From an uncultured bacterium (lineage in GTDB: Bacteria; Patescibacteriota; Minisyncoccia; Phycocordibacterales; PALSA-1337), in NCBI GenBank assembly GCA_963701025.1, contig OY969557.1, forward strand, positions 801,953 to 865,952: 64,000 bases of DNA, in the 5' to 3' direction. A program made the position numbers and the translations under genes. The notes below the pieces were generated by a model that saw only the letters and a list, made by a program, of their open reading frames with translations, had not been told where the DNA came from and searched no databases. Positions 19,536 through 28,997 of the stretch are shown one piece after another. How positions within the stretch are numbered: the stretch's first letter is position 1; each line of letters opens with the position of its first letter.

Positions 19536-20530
19536 TTGCGACGGATCCGGTTTGCTCATATGTACGATGATATCATCTCCCTTGAAAATCTGCTCGAAGC
19601 ATGGAGAGAATTCGTAAGAGGGAAACGAAAAAGAAAAGACGTCCAAAATTTCGAGCGGGATCTGATGGCGAATATCATTTCGCTCCATCGAGACTTGGCA
19701 GCAATGACTTATGAGCATTTGGAATATGAATTCTTCAGGATTTATGATCCGAAGCTGCGAGACATCCATAAAGCCAGCGTCAGAGATCGTGTGCTTCACC
19801 GGGCCTTGCATAGAAAATTGTATCCATTCTTTGAGCGCACATTCATAGCAGATTCTTTTTCATGCCGGCTCGATAAAGGGACTCACAAAGCCTTAGATCA
19901 ATTCCGATCGTTCTCGTATAAAACGTCTTGCAACCGCACCAAGACGGCATGGATTTTGAAATGCGACATTAGGAAATTCTTTGCTTCAATAGATCAGACC
20001 GTTCTCATGGAGATCTTATCGATCTATATCCAAGACGAGAATGTCCTGGCTCTGGTGTCGAAGGTCGTCTCGAGCTTTTCTTCGACAGCAAAAGGGATTG
20101 GCTTGCCATTGGGCAATCTCACCTCTCAACTTCTCGTGAATATATATATGAATGAGTTCGATCAGTTCATGAAGCATAAGCTTAGGCGAAATATTATATC
20201 CGCTATGCCGATGATTTTGTCATCCTTTCAATAGATAGAGATTGGCTCTGCAACCTTATTCCAAAGATCAGCGATTTTCTCGAGACCAGGCTTAAGCTCA
20301 AGCTTCATCCGAACAAAATCAGCATTGAAACGTTCGCTTCAGGCGTTGATTTCCTCGGCTGGGTGCATTTTCCCGATCACAGGGTGCTCCGGACCAAGAC
20401 TAAACAGAGGATGTTCAGGAATATAAAAATAAAACAGGCCAAGTCTGAAACAATCCAGTCCTATCTCGGCCTACTGAGTCACGGAAACACCAAAAAGCTG
20501 CAGAATATCATAACCACTTCAATCTCCTGA
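19536..20530 (+). CDS. DGR reverse transcriptase, interrupted by a single -1 frameshift at about 20184-20189
   Basis: N-terminal LENLLEAWREFVRGKRKRKDVQNFERDL and motif IGLPLGNLTSQLLVNIYMNEFD are in frame 0 (19536-20189). AKYYIRYADDFVIL (YxDD) and KLKLHPNKISI continue in frame 2 (20186-20530). Restoring one G in aggcg joins them. Confidence 0.8.
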
Positions 20531-21284
20531 TTTCCGTTTTTGAATTTTGAGCCCGTGCAAAAATCCTATTATCAGCAGAAATCTTTCCATTTTCATTCCA
20601 CATTTGATCCAGAAGGCCGCCATTCGGCTTGACGACCTCGATCACCCCTTGCTTCACTCCGGTGCCGTATACGCCGTCTTCGGGATAGGCCATGACGTGG
20701 GAATAGTGGATCTTGATCGGGACGAAATTCTGATATTCGACTTGGTGGATAACGAGAATATGGTCCCGATCGTCGCTGTCTGGGCCGCCGATCATGATGA
20801 TCATGTCTCCCGGCGCCGTATCTTTGAGCGCCACGAGGACACTATTTTTTTCATGAGCCAAGGTAGCCACGTCGCAATTCTCTATCGGCCGCAGGGAACA
20901 GCGGATCTTGCCGACGATACCATGACAATTGACGAACGAGATGTGCCTGTCGAGAGGCCCCTTCTTTCTCTCCTCGCTTTCCGCGTTCAATGTGTAATAG
21001 GCAAAAGCGGAGCAATCGATGCCGATATCATCGTCCACGAGGAGCTTCTTCAGGGATTCGTTTGCCAGGGAATCCACGGCGATGTGTTTCTTTGCCGTTA
21101 TAGTTCGGACTTCTTCAAAAATGTCCGCCGGACTACCCTTACCGATGTCGGCTCGCAAGGCGGCACGGGCTTTGACCTTCTTGTTATTGAAATACGGGAT
21201 CGAACAAACCGCCCCACCCACCTTGAAATGGAAGTATTGGTCGATGACCGACAGGGCACGAGGTGTTATGGTTTTAGTGTTCAT
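20508..21284 (-). CDS. Hypothetical protein with a possible papain/NlpC-like Cys motif
   Basis: ORF; CSAFAYY motif only. Confidence 0.3.
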   Translation of the reverse strand: MNTKTITPRALSVIDQYFHFKVGGAVCSIPYFNNKKVKARAALRADIGKGSPADIFEEVRTITAKKHIAVDSLANESLKKLLVDDDIGIDCSAFAYYTLNAESEERKKGPLDRHISFVNCHGIVGKIRCSLRPIENCDVATLAHEKNSVLVALKDTAPGDMIIMIGGPDSDDRDHILVIHQVEYQNFVPIKIHYSHVMAYPEDGVYGTGVKQGVIEVVKPNGGLLDQMWNENGKISADNRIFARAQNSKTEIRRLKWL

Positions 21285-21290
21285 TAGAAA

Positions 21291-22586
21291 TTAGTCCGCC
21301 AGCTGGCGGAAATTAGAAATTATCTTTAGTATCTCCTTGCCTCTCGCATTGAACCTGCCATGCGTCTCCATGATGCCGCGCATGCTCTGGATGCGCAAGA
21401 GATCGGCGCCGAGTTCGGTGTTCGGATAAGGGATCGCCGTATATCCGGCGAGCTCGAAAGAACCCACGGCATCATCGGGCAGGCTTCGAATCTTCTCCGT
21501 CACGCGCTGAACGATCTGGGCTCCGTCGTTGATGGGAATGAGGGGGAGGCTGTCGTTTGATGCTGTTGCGTCGCGCGCCGAGGCACCCGTGGCGGCTTCG
21601 CCGAGCAGGGCAACGATATGCGCCTCAAAGACGATCGATCCGATGGCTCCCTGCCGGCGATTCTCTTCCTGGAGGAACGATTCAAATGAGGCGGAAGCGG
21701 GCTGACGGGCGTTTATCTCGATCAGGAATATCGCGTCACGGTCGTCGTCCCGCATGACGTCTATTCCGAAGAGCCCGCGCCAGCCGTCGGCGCGCATCTT
21801 CTCCCCGATGGCGCGCGCCATGTCCTCGATCCGGATGATCTCCGTTTCGCTCAAGAGGGAATGAGTCATGCTCCAGTCATTGCCGACCGTGGCGAACGGT
21901 TGGTCGGTGAAAGGCGGCAGGCCAGTCAACTGATAGCTCGGATTGCCGATGAGGATGTTGCCGGTCCCGATCCCGTCGGGCGCCACGACGATGTTGACGG
22001 TGAATGACGGTCCTCGGACGAAAGAGCTCGCTCTCGCCGGGCGGTCGGGGAATTTTCTTTGCAATGCGCGCAGCTCATTGGCCGAATTGACCAGGATGGT
22101 GCCGTCGCCGGTGTGGCCATGCGCCCATTGGACGACGAGAGGCTCCTTGTTCCAGACAAGCTCCTTTGCGGGGGCGACAGTATGCGCCGGGAGATATTGT
22201 TCAGCCAGCGGGCCGAGCCACTCTACTTGAGTTATCTTATTCTCGACTTTTTCTGCGAGGGCGCTCGAAGGATTGAGCAATTTCCAGCCATTCTCCATGG
22301 TTATTGCTTCGATCAGCGGATTGTTCTTGAAGACGAGCAGGGCGGCGTCCGGGCCCGACATCAATTCCTTGACGACGGTGCTTTTGAGTAGTTGGAGCGT
22401 GTCGAGGGTGTTTCCTTCCGTGGCACCCTCTTCTTCAACGAGATGGACGAAGTCAGGATATCGCCCTTTTATGATTTCGGCATACGGCGTCCTGTTCGAC
22501 ACGATGACGTATTCGGCGCATGGCGCCATGCCGAGCGCGCGCTCGATATCGCGGACGACATAGACAATCTTTCTCTTTTGAGACAT
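21291..22586 (-). CDS. ATP-grasp domain protein
   Basis: LFGIDVMRDDDRDAIFLIEINARQ matches the ATP-grasp C-terminal signature. Confidence 0.55.
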   Translation of the reverse strand: MSQKRKIVYVVRDIERALGMAPCAEYVIVSNRTPYAEIIKGRYPDFVHLVEEEGATEGNTLDTLQLLKSTVVKELMSGPDAALLVFKNNPLIEAITMENGWKLLNPSSALAEKVENKITQVEWLGPLAEQYLPAHTVAPAKELVWNKEPLVVQWAHGHTGDGTILVNSANELRALQRKFPDRPARASSFVRGPSFTVNIVVAPDGIGTGNILIGNPSYQLTGLPPFTDQPFATVGNDWSMTHSLLSETEIIRIEDMARAIGEKMRADGWRGLFGIDVMRDDDRDAIFLIEINARQPASASFESFLQEENRRQGAIGSIVFEAHIVALLGEAATGASARDATASNDSLPLIPINDGAQIVQRVTEKIRSLPDDAVGSFELAGYTAIPYPNTELGADLLRIQSMRGIMETHGRFNARGKEILKIISNFRQLAD

Positions 22587-22623
22587 GATGGAAGTCTAGT
22601 ATAATTTCCGCCGAATCACAATT

Positions 22624-23436
22624 ATGGCCACGCTCTATATCGTCGCTACGCCCATCGGAAATCTGGAGGACATCACCCTTCGGGCTCTTAAAGTTTTGGC
22701 CGCTGTCGATGTCATTCTCTGCGAAGATACGCGGATGACCGCCAAATTGTTGGCGAGGCACGGCATTTCAAAGAAGACCCTTTCATATCATATGCATAGC
22801 AAGCTGTCGCGGGTCGAAGAGATCATCGGGTTCTTGCGGGAAGGTAAAAATTTGGCCCTCGTCTCCGATGCTGGCACGCCTGGCATTTCAGATCCCGGCG
22901 CGGAATTGGTGGCGCGGATACGGGAAGCTTTTCATATGAATATTGGTGCCGCGTCGCATTCTCATTCACTCGGAGGACCCTCTCTTGGAGTGGTTGATGA
23001 AAGTGTCAAGAAAGTTGACGCTTTTGACTATACGGTAAAGGTAGAGTCTGTCCCCGGTCCATCCGCCATGACAGCGGCGCTCTCAATCGCCGGTGTCCCA
23101 TGTGCAGATTTCACATTCCTCGGATTTCTGCCGCACAAGAAGGGAAGGGAGACTTTATTCAAAGAAATAGTCGCTTCCGAACGCACCATGGTATTCTATG
23201 AATCGCCTCATCGGATCATGAAAACGCTCGAATCGCTCGTCGCGCACCTGCGGCCGTCTCTCTCGGAAAGTAATGCGCAAAGCAAAAACGCAACCCCAAA
23301 AAAAGTCACCGTGTGCCGCGAATTGACTAAGATATTCGAAGAAGTCGTCTCTGGGACGGCGGAGGAGGTGAGAAGCTATTTCAAATCCCATCCTGACAAA
23401 GTCAGAGGGGAGTTCGTGGTTATAGTGAGCGCATAA
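22624..23436 (+). CDS. rsmI: 16S rRNA (cytidine1402-2'-O)-methyltransferase RsmI carrying an internal ~35-aa insertion
   Basis: LYIVATPIGNLEDITLRALKVLAAVDVILCEDTR N-terminus, tetrapyrrole-methylase fold. The insertion (MNIGAAS...VKVE) coincides with a dispersed palindromic repeat. Confidence 0.75.
   Translation: MATLYIVATPIGNLEDITLRALKVLAAVDVILCEDTRMTAKLLARHGISKKTLSYHMHSKLSRVEEIIGFLREGKNLALVSDAGTPGISDPGAELVARIREAFHMNIGAASHSHSLGGPSLGVVDESVKKVDAFDYTVKVESVPGPSAMTAALSIAGVPCADFTFLGFLPHKKGRETLFKEIVASERTMVFYESPHRIMKTLESLVAHLRPSLSESNAQSKNATPKKVTVCRELTKIFEEVVSGTAEEVRSYFKSHPDKVRGEFVVIVSA
23000..23040. repeat. ~41-bp imperfect-palindrome dispersed repeat, copy 1 (inside rsmI)
   Basis: AAAGTGtCAAGAAAGTTGACgCTTTTG followed by actatacggtaaag. 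Similar copies at 27428 and 58045. Confidence 0.7.
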
Positions 23437-23470
23437 TGCTTTTCGGGGGATAAGGTTGGTGTATAAAAAT

Positions 23471-23500
23471 CCTCCGTTTCAGCCTGTGCCTAAACGGAGG
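23471..23500. terminator. Bidirectional hairpin CCTCCGTTT...AAACGGAGG between convergent genes
   Basis: 9-bp stem between rsmI (+) and the 23490 gene (-). Confidence 0.45.
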
Positions 23501-23852
23501 GTCTTGTCTCTTGAAATGTGATCTCTTCGATGAGGGATTCGATTATCCCTTTGTCCACCTCGTCGGAAGAGAGGATTATCCTGTCTCCTAACCTCGACAG
23601 GAATTCCCTCTTATGCGGACTATGCTGTTTGACGACATTGCATCCATCGAATTCGAATGAACATCTCGGCTGTAAAGTCGTCGGATGCCATCCGCGGGCG
23701 CTTGGATCGTTTTCAACGCCGACGATAGGCGCAACACCGATCTTCAGCGTATTGCCCGTGAAGGTGCATTCGGCGACTCGGCCGACATACCTGTCGTTAT
23801 TGATCGTATGGAGCCAGCAACAGGCGTAAGACTCCGGTATTTCTTTTTTCAT
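23490..23852 (-). CDS. Hypothetical protein
   Basis: ORF only. Confidence 0.3.
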   Translation of the reverse strand: MKKEIPESYACCWLHTINNDRYVGRVAECTFTGNTLKIGVAPIVGVENDPSARGWHPTTLQPRCSFEFDGCNVVKQHSPHKREFLSRLGDRIILSSDEVDKGIIESLIEEITFQETRPSV

Positions 23853-23911
23853 TGCAAATAGCCTCTTTTTAGCGGTTGGCCCTTGTTTCCTAGCATTATC
23901 CTAACACCTCG

Positions 23912-24181
23912 TTGTATAATGGCCAAGCTATGTCAAAACGCCAAATAATCATGATACTCGCCGCACTGATCATCGTCATTGCTCTTTTTTCCGGTCTTCC
24001 GTCCTGGTGGGATACGGTGCTCTATGTCGTCATGGCATTATTCATCATAGTGGCCGCGTACCTCATGAAGCCGGCGTCCGCCCCTGTCAAGCCGGCTGCG
24101 CCGTACGTCGATCACACCCCAGTCGCTCAAGCTCCTGAAACATCGACATCCGCCACTGAAGATACGTCGCCACTGCCTTGA
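23912..24181 (+). CDS. Small membrane protein
   Basis: Two predicted TM helices. Confidence 0.35.
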   Translation: MYNGQAMSKRQIIMILAALIIVIALFSGLPSWWDTVLYVVMALFIIVAAYLMKPASAPVKPAAPYVDHTPVAQAPETSTSATEDTSPLP

Positions 24182-24182
24182 A

Positions 24183-25385
24183 ATGCGACCGCGAATATAC
24201 ATCTTCGGCGCTCTACTCATCGTCGTCTGCGCCGCTTTTATCCTGTGGGCCATGCCCGTCCGTCGCGTGGCTTATTCGAATGACATAGGTAATGCCATGG
24301 CGGCCACGAGCACGGCACCGGTTCCAGCTGTCCCTGCGACGACGACCCCCGTTTTTGTCGTCAAACATCTTCCGACGCCGGATTCGGTCAAGGCAGTATA
24401 TTTCACCAGCTGGGCGGCAGGCAGCCCTTTATTCCAGGATGAGCTCTGGAGCATGTTCGATGGCAGTACGGAGCTGAATTCTATCGTCATCGACGTCAAA
24501 GACTGGAGCGGTCGCATCGGATATGTCGTAGACGATCCGCGATACGCCGACCCTTCGATCACGGCCATGGGTTCGTATGAGAATCGCATCCCCAACATCG
24601 AGCAGTTCATCGGCAAGCTCCATGACAAGGGCGTTTACGTCATCGGTAGGATCCAGGTGTTCCAGGATCCATATGCTGTAACAATCCATCCGGAATGGGC
24701 CGTGCGGGATGACCGCACAGGCAAGCCATGGAAAGACGCAGGCGGGGCGTATTGGCTCGACCCTGATTCGCGCGACGCCTGGGCTTATATCGCCGCCATC
24801 GCTAAGCAAGCCTACGCCGTCGGTTTCGACGAGATCAATTTCGACTATGTCCGCTTCCCGTCGGACGGAGATATCGGCGACGCCGTCTTCGCCAAATACG
24901 CTTCGACGACCAGAGCGAGCGTCATCAAGGACTTTTTCTCATATCTCCACGACACTTTGTCGCCCATGGGCATACCTATCTCCGCCGATCTATTCGGCCA
25001 GACGACCTCCGAACTGACGGACATGGGCATCGGCCAGGTCATCGAGGATGCTTTTTCGTATTTCGATTTCGTAGATCCGATGGTCTATCCGTCCCATTTC
25101 GCTGACGGCTTTATCGGCTACGCCCATCCGGCTCTGCATCCATATGAAGTGGTCAAGTATTCCATGGACCAGGGCGTAGCCAGAGCCATAGCCGCGTCGT
25201 CCACACCGTCGAAGTTGCGCCCGTGGCTCCAGGCCTTCGATCTTGGCGCGACCTATACGCCGGCCATGGTAGAGGCGCAGAAGCAGGCGACATACGATGC
25301 CGGCCTGTACAGCTGGCTCCTGTGGAACGCCGGGGCGGTGTATAACAAGGAGGAGTTATGCACAGGCGCTTGTGATTTTCCATAA
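24183..25385 (+). CDS. Putative glycoside-hydrolase-like TIM-barrel protein (DUF4015/GHL family) with an N-terminal anchor
   Basis: GFDEINFDYVRFP motif typical of the DUF4015 family; signal anchor. Confidence 0.5.
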   Translation: MRPRIYIFGALLIVVCAAFILWAMPVRRVAYSNDIGNAMAATSTAPVPAVPATTTPVFVVKHLPTPDSVKAVYFTSWAAGSPLFQDELWSMFDGSTELNSIVIDVKDWSGRIGYVVDDPRYADPSITAMGSYENRIPNIEQFIGKLHDKGVYVIGRIQVFQDPYAVTIHPEWAVRDDRTGKPWKDAGGAYWLDPDSRDAWAYIAAIAKQAYAVGFDEINFDYVRFPSDGDIGDAVFAKYASTTRASVIKDFFSYLHDTLSPMGIPISADLFGQTTSELTDMGIGQVIEDAFSYFDFVDPMVYPSHFADGFIGYAHPALHPYEVVKYSMDQGVARAIAASSTPSKLRPWLQAFDLGATYTPAMVEAQKQATYDAGLYSWLLWNAGAVYNKEELCTGACDFP

Positions 25386-25909
25386 AAGTGGTACTATTTA
25401 TCCTCGGAGGATCGTGTTTGGCATCGATACATCATTTTTTCAGGGCGGACGCCCTGGGTCATGCCGAACATGTTCTTTTTTTTGTTTCAAAACCACATAT
25501 AAAGTTATGACAAGAAGATGCGGAATCACACTCGGAGATGGGCAAAGAGTTCCAGTGCCAGTAGAAAAAATCGGCACGGTTCAGAGCTTCCTTGCCCAAA
25601 CAGGCCGTCGTTTCCAGAACACGACTGAAGTTCACCAATTCCTCAACGGCGTCTTGCCGCCGGGGATCATCAAACAAGGATCGAACTTCGTCGCCCAGCA
25701 ACAAGCACCCGCTTGATTGCCTTGCATAACAAAGCGCCCTGAAAGGAGCGCAAAATATGTAAAACACCCGGCGTCTCATGTAGGCGTCGGTTGTTCTGTT
25801 TTTATGCTATATTCGCTTCGCTCATATATCGCCTGCGCTCGGACTTCATGTAAGCGAGCTTCCATAAGTCCTCACTTGGCGCTATAATTGACCTAAACTC
25901 TTTTATCCT

Positions 25910-27783
25910 ATGGACGACAATCGCGTCACATATTTCGCCGAGACCGATGCCCGCAACAAACGGGTCAAATTCGGCATCAAAGCCAAAGACCGCACCACGC
26001 ACGTCTACGTCATCGGCAAGACCGGCATGGGCAAGTCCACCATGCTCGAGAACATGGCCGTCCAGGACATCCAGAACGGCGAAGGCATGGCTTTCATCGA
26101 CCCGCACGGCAAGACCGCCGACCTCCTGCTCGAATACGTGCCCAAGGAGCGCATCCGCGATGTCATACACATCGCTCCTTTCGATACGGATTATCCCATC
26201 TCGTTCAACGTCCTCGAATCAGTCGATCCCGGCCAAGCGCCACCTGGTCGTCTCGGGCCTGATGAGCACCTTCAAGAAGATCTGGGAGGACGCATGGTCG
26301 GCCCGCATGGAATACATCCTGACCAATACCTTGCTGGCGCTTTTGGAAGCGCCTGGCTCCACTCTTGCTCGGCGTCAATCGCATGCTCTCCGACAAGGAC
26401 TACCGCAAGGAGATCGTCTCGCAGATCAAGGATCCGTCGGTCAAAGCTTTCTGGACGAAAGAATTCGCCAATTATAGCGAGCGCATGGCCGCACGAAGCC
26501 GTGCCTGCGATCCAGAACAAAGTCGGACAATTCACCGCCAATCCTCTTATCAGAAATATGATCGGCCAGCCGGTATCGTCGTTCGATTTCAGGAAGGCCA
26601 TGGACGAGCGCAAGATCATCATCATCAACCTGTCCAAAGGCCGCGTCGGCGACGAGAACATGAAGCTCCTCGGCGGCCTTCTGGTGACCAAGATATATCT
26701 CGCCGCCATGTCGCGCGCCGACATGCCCGACCGGGTGGTGCAAGACTCTGCCGAATTTCTATCTATTCGTGGACGAATTCCAGAACTTCGCCAATGCCTC
26801 GTTCGCGGACATCCTGTCCGAGGCCCGCAAATACAAGCTCAATCTGACCATTGCCCACCAATACGTAGAGCAGATGGACGAGAATGTCTCGGCCGCCGTC
26901 TTCGGCAACGTCGGCACCATGGTCGTCTTCCGGGTCGGCGCCACTGACGCCGAAGTCTTGGAAAAGGAGTTCGCCCCGCAATTCACCATCGAAGACCTCG
27001 TCAACCTCGGCTCAATATCAGATATACCTCAAGCTGATGATCGACGGATTGACTTCGGCGCCGTTCTCCGCCACCAATATGCCGCCGATCGCACAGCCGA
27101 CGGTCCATTACGTCGACGAAATCATCGCCGCATCGCGCGAGCAGTTCGCCCGGTCGCGCGCGGAGGTCGAAGAAGGCATCGTCAAGTTCCACGAGCCGAC
27201 GCCGAAAACGCCTGCTGCGGCGAAACCTGCCTCTGCGCCGAAGGCTCCGGTTGCCGCCGCGCCGAAAAAAGCCGAGATGCCGGTCGCACCGAAAGCGGTG
27301 GTAGTGCCGAAAGCGGTAACGGCACCGCCCGCTCCCGCCGCGAAGCCGCCGGTTCATCAGCCTTTTAAGGTCGCTTTTAAAGCGGTCCCGCAGGATGTCA
27401 CTCTAGCGTCACTAGGACAAAGTGACAAGAAAGTTGACACTTTTGCATATACGGCAAAACAATCACCCCCGCTCCCTCAAGCCGCGAAACCCGCTACTCC
27501 CGTGTCTGCGCTTTTGCCGCTTTCATCCCTGAATAAGACCAGACCCGCGCCGAAAGTCGACCCGAAAGTCCCGACCGCCGAGAATGTCAATCAATTGAAG
27601 AACGCGCTGGCGGCGGCATTAAACAAGCACAAAAATTCAGCAGCACCCGAGGCTCCCAAGGCAGCGCCGGCATCCGTTCCCCAAACTTTCCCTAAAGGAA
27701 CGTCCCACATTACGAAAGAAACCAGCTCCACGCCGAAAGAAGTACCGGAAGACGTCCTGAAGAAGATATTGAAAATCGACTGA
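25910..27783 (+). pseudogene. VirD4/TraD/TraG-like type IV secretion coupling ATPase, disrupted by at least 4 frameshifts, with a Pro/Ala/Lys-rich C-terminal tail
   Basis: Walker A VIGKTGMGKST and Walker B YLFVDEFQNF. Conserved segments are spread over ORFs 25910, 25947, 26365, 26769 and 26884 in different frames. Confidence 0.65.
27428..27470. repeat. Palindromic dispersed repeat, copy 2 (inside the TraD-like C-terminal tail)
   Basis: caAAGTGACAAGAAAGTTGACACTTTTG then catatacggcaaaac. Confidence 0.7.
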
Positions 27784-27803
27784 AGGCGTGTCAGGATGAA
27801 GAC

Positions 27804-28985
27804 ATGAACACTTCCGCTCGCCCCGCCGGGCCTCGCAGCATCCTCATATTTTCCCTCGTCTATTACCCGCGTTTTGTCGGCGGGGCCGAAGTGGCCGTGA
27901 AAGAGATAACCAACCGCTTGGCCGCATATGACACGTTATCGTCTCAGGACGGATTTGAATTCGACATGGTCACATTGAACGGAGGAGGCGAGGCCGTATC
28001 GGAACGAGTCGGATCGGTCAACGTCCATCGCGTCTTTAACAAAGTCGGACCGCTTCAGAAATTGTTCTTTCCGTTCGCCGCTCTTTTCAAGGCGATCGCT
28101 CTTCATCGCCGACGGAAATATGACGCCACCTGGTCCATCATGGCCAATTATGCCGGTTTTGCCGCCCTCTTCTTCAAGATGAAAAACCCGAATATCCCTT
28201 TTATCCTGACTCTCCAGGAAGGGGATCCGTTCTCGCATATCCGAAAGCGCGTCGGCATATTCTATCCTTTGTTCAAAAAGATATTCCGGCGCGCCGACAA
28301 GATCCAAGCCATTTCCAATTATCTGGCCGATTGGGCCAAAGACATGGGCGCGACATGTCCGGTCACGGTCGTGCCGAATGCCGTCGATTACGGTCGCTTC
28401 TCCAAGGAAATGGATCCGGCGAAGAGGGATGCCTTGCGCGTGAAGCTCGGATTTTCCGACACGGACATCGTCTTGGTGACGGCCGGCCGGCTGGTGAAGA
28501 AAAACGGCGTCAAGGATATCGTTTCCTCATTGCAGTACCTTTCCCCGGCTTGCAAATTCCTTTCCATAGGCGACGGGGAAGACCTGGCCGCGCTCCAAGA
28601 GCAAGTCAAAGAGCTGAAGCTCGATGGCCGCGTCGTCTTCAACGGATTCATCGCGCATTCAGAACTGCCTGACTACCTGAAAGCGTCTGACATATTCGTC
28701 AGACCGTCGCTCTCTGAAGGCCTCGGCAACTCGTTCCTCGAGGCTATGGCCGCCGGTATTCCCGTCATCGCCACACCCGTCGGCGGTATCCCAGATTTTC
28801 TCGTAGACGGCGAGACCGGACTTCTCTGCGAAGTCGGTAATCCCAAGTCGATCGCCCAGAAAGCCGAGAAGTTGATCAAAGACGGAGAGTCGCGCGACTA
28901 CATAGTCGGCCGAGCGAAAGCCATGGTCAAAGAGAAGTATCAGTGGGACAAAGTCGCGGCGGAGATGAGGCGCTTATTCGTGTGA
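27804..28985 (+). CDS. Glycosyltransferase family 4
   Basis: EGLGNSFLEAMAAGIPVIAT E-x7-E motif. Confidence 0.7.
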   Translation: MNTSARPAGPRSILIFSLVYYPRFVGGAEVAVKEITNRLAAYDTLSSQDGFEFDMVTLNGGGEAVSERVGSVNVHRVFNKVGPLQKLFFPFAALFKAIALHRRRKYDATWSIMANYAGFAALFFKMKNPNIPFILTLQEGDPFSHIRKRVGIFYPLFKKIFRRADKIQAISNYLADWAKDMGATCPVTVVPNAVDYGRFSKEMDPAKRDALRVKLGFSDTDIVLVTAGRLVKKNGVKDIVSSLQYLSPACKFLSIGDGEDLAALQEQVKELKLDGRVVFNGFIAHSELPDYLKASDIFVRPSLSEGLGNSFLEAMAAGIPVIATPVGGIPDFLVDGETGLLCEVGNPKSIAQKAEKLIKDGESRDYIVGRAKAMVKEKYQWDKVAAEMRRLFV

Positions 28986-28997
28986 TAGACTAAAGAA

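Noticed and set aside
26884-27783. Separate Pro/Ala/Lys-rich protein gene
   Set aside because: It is in frame with the last TraD-like segment after frame correction and is more likely that protein's disordered C-terminal tail.
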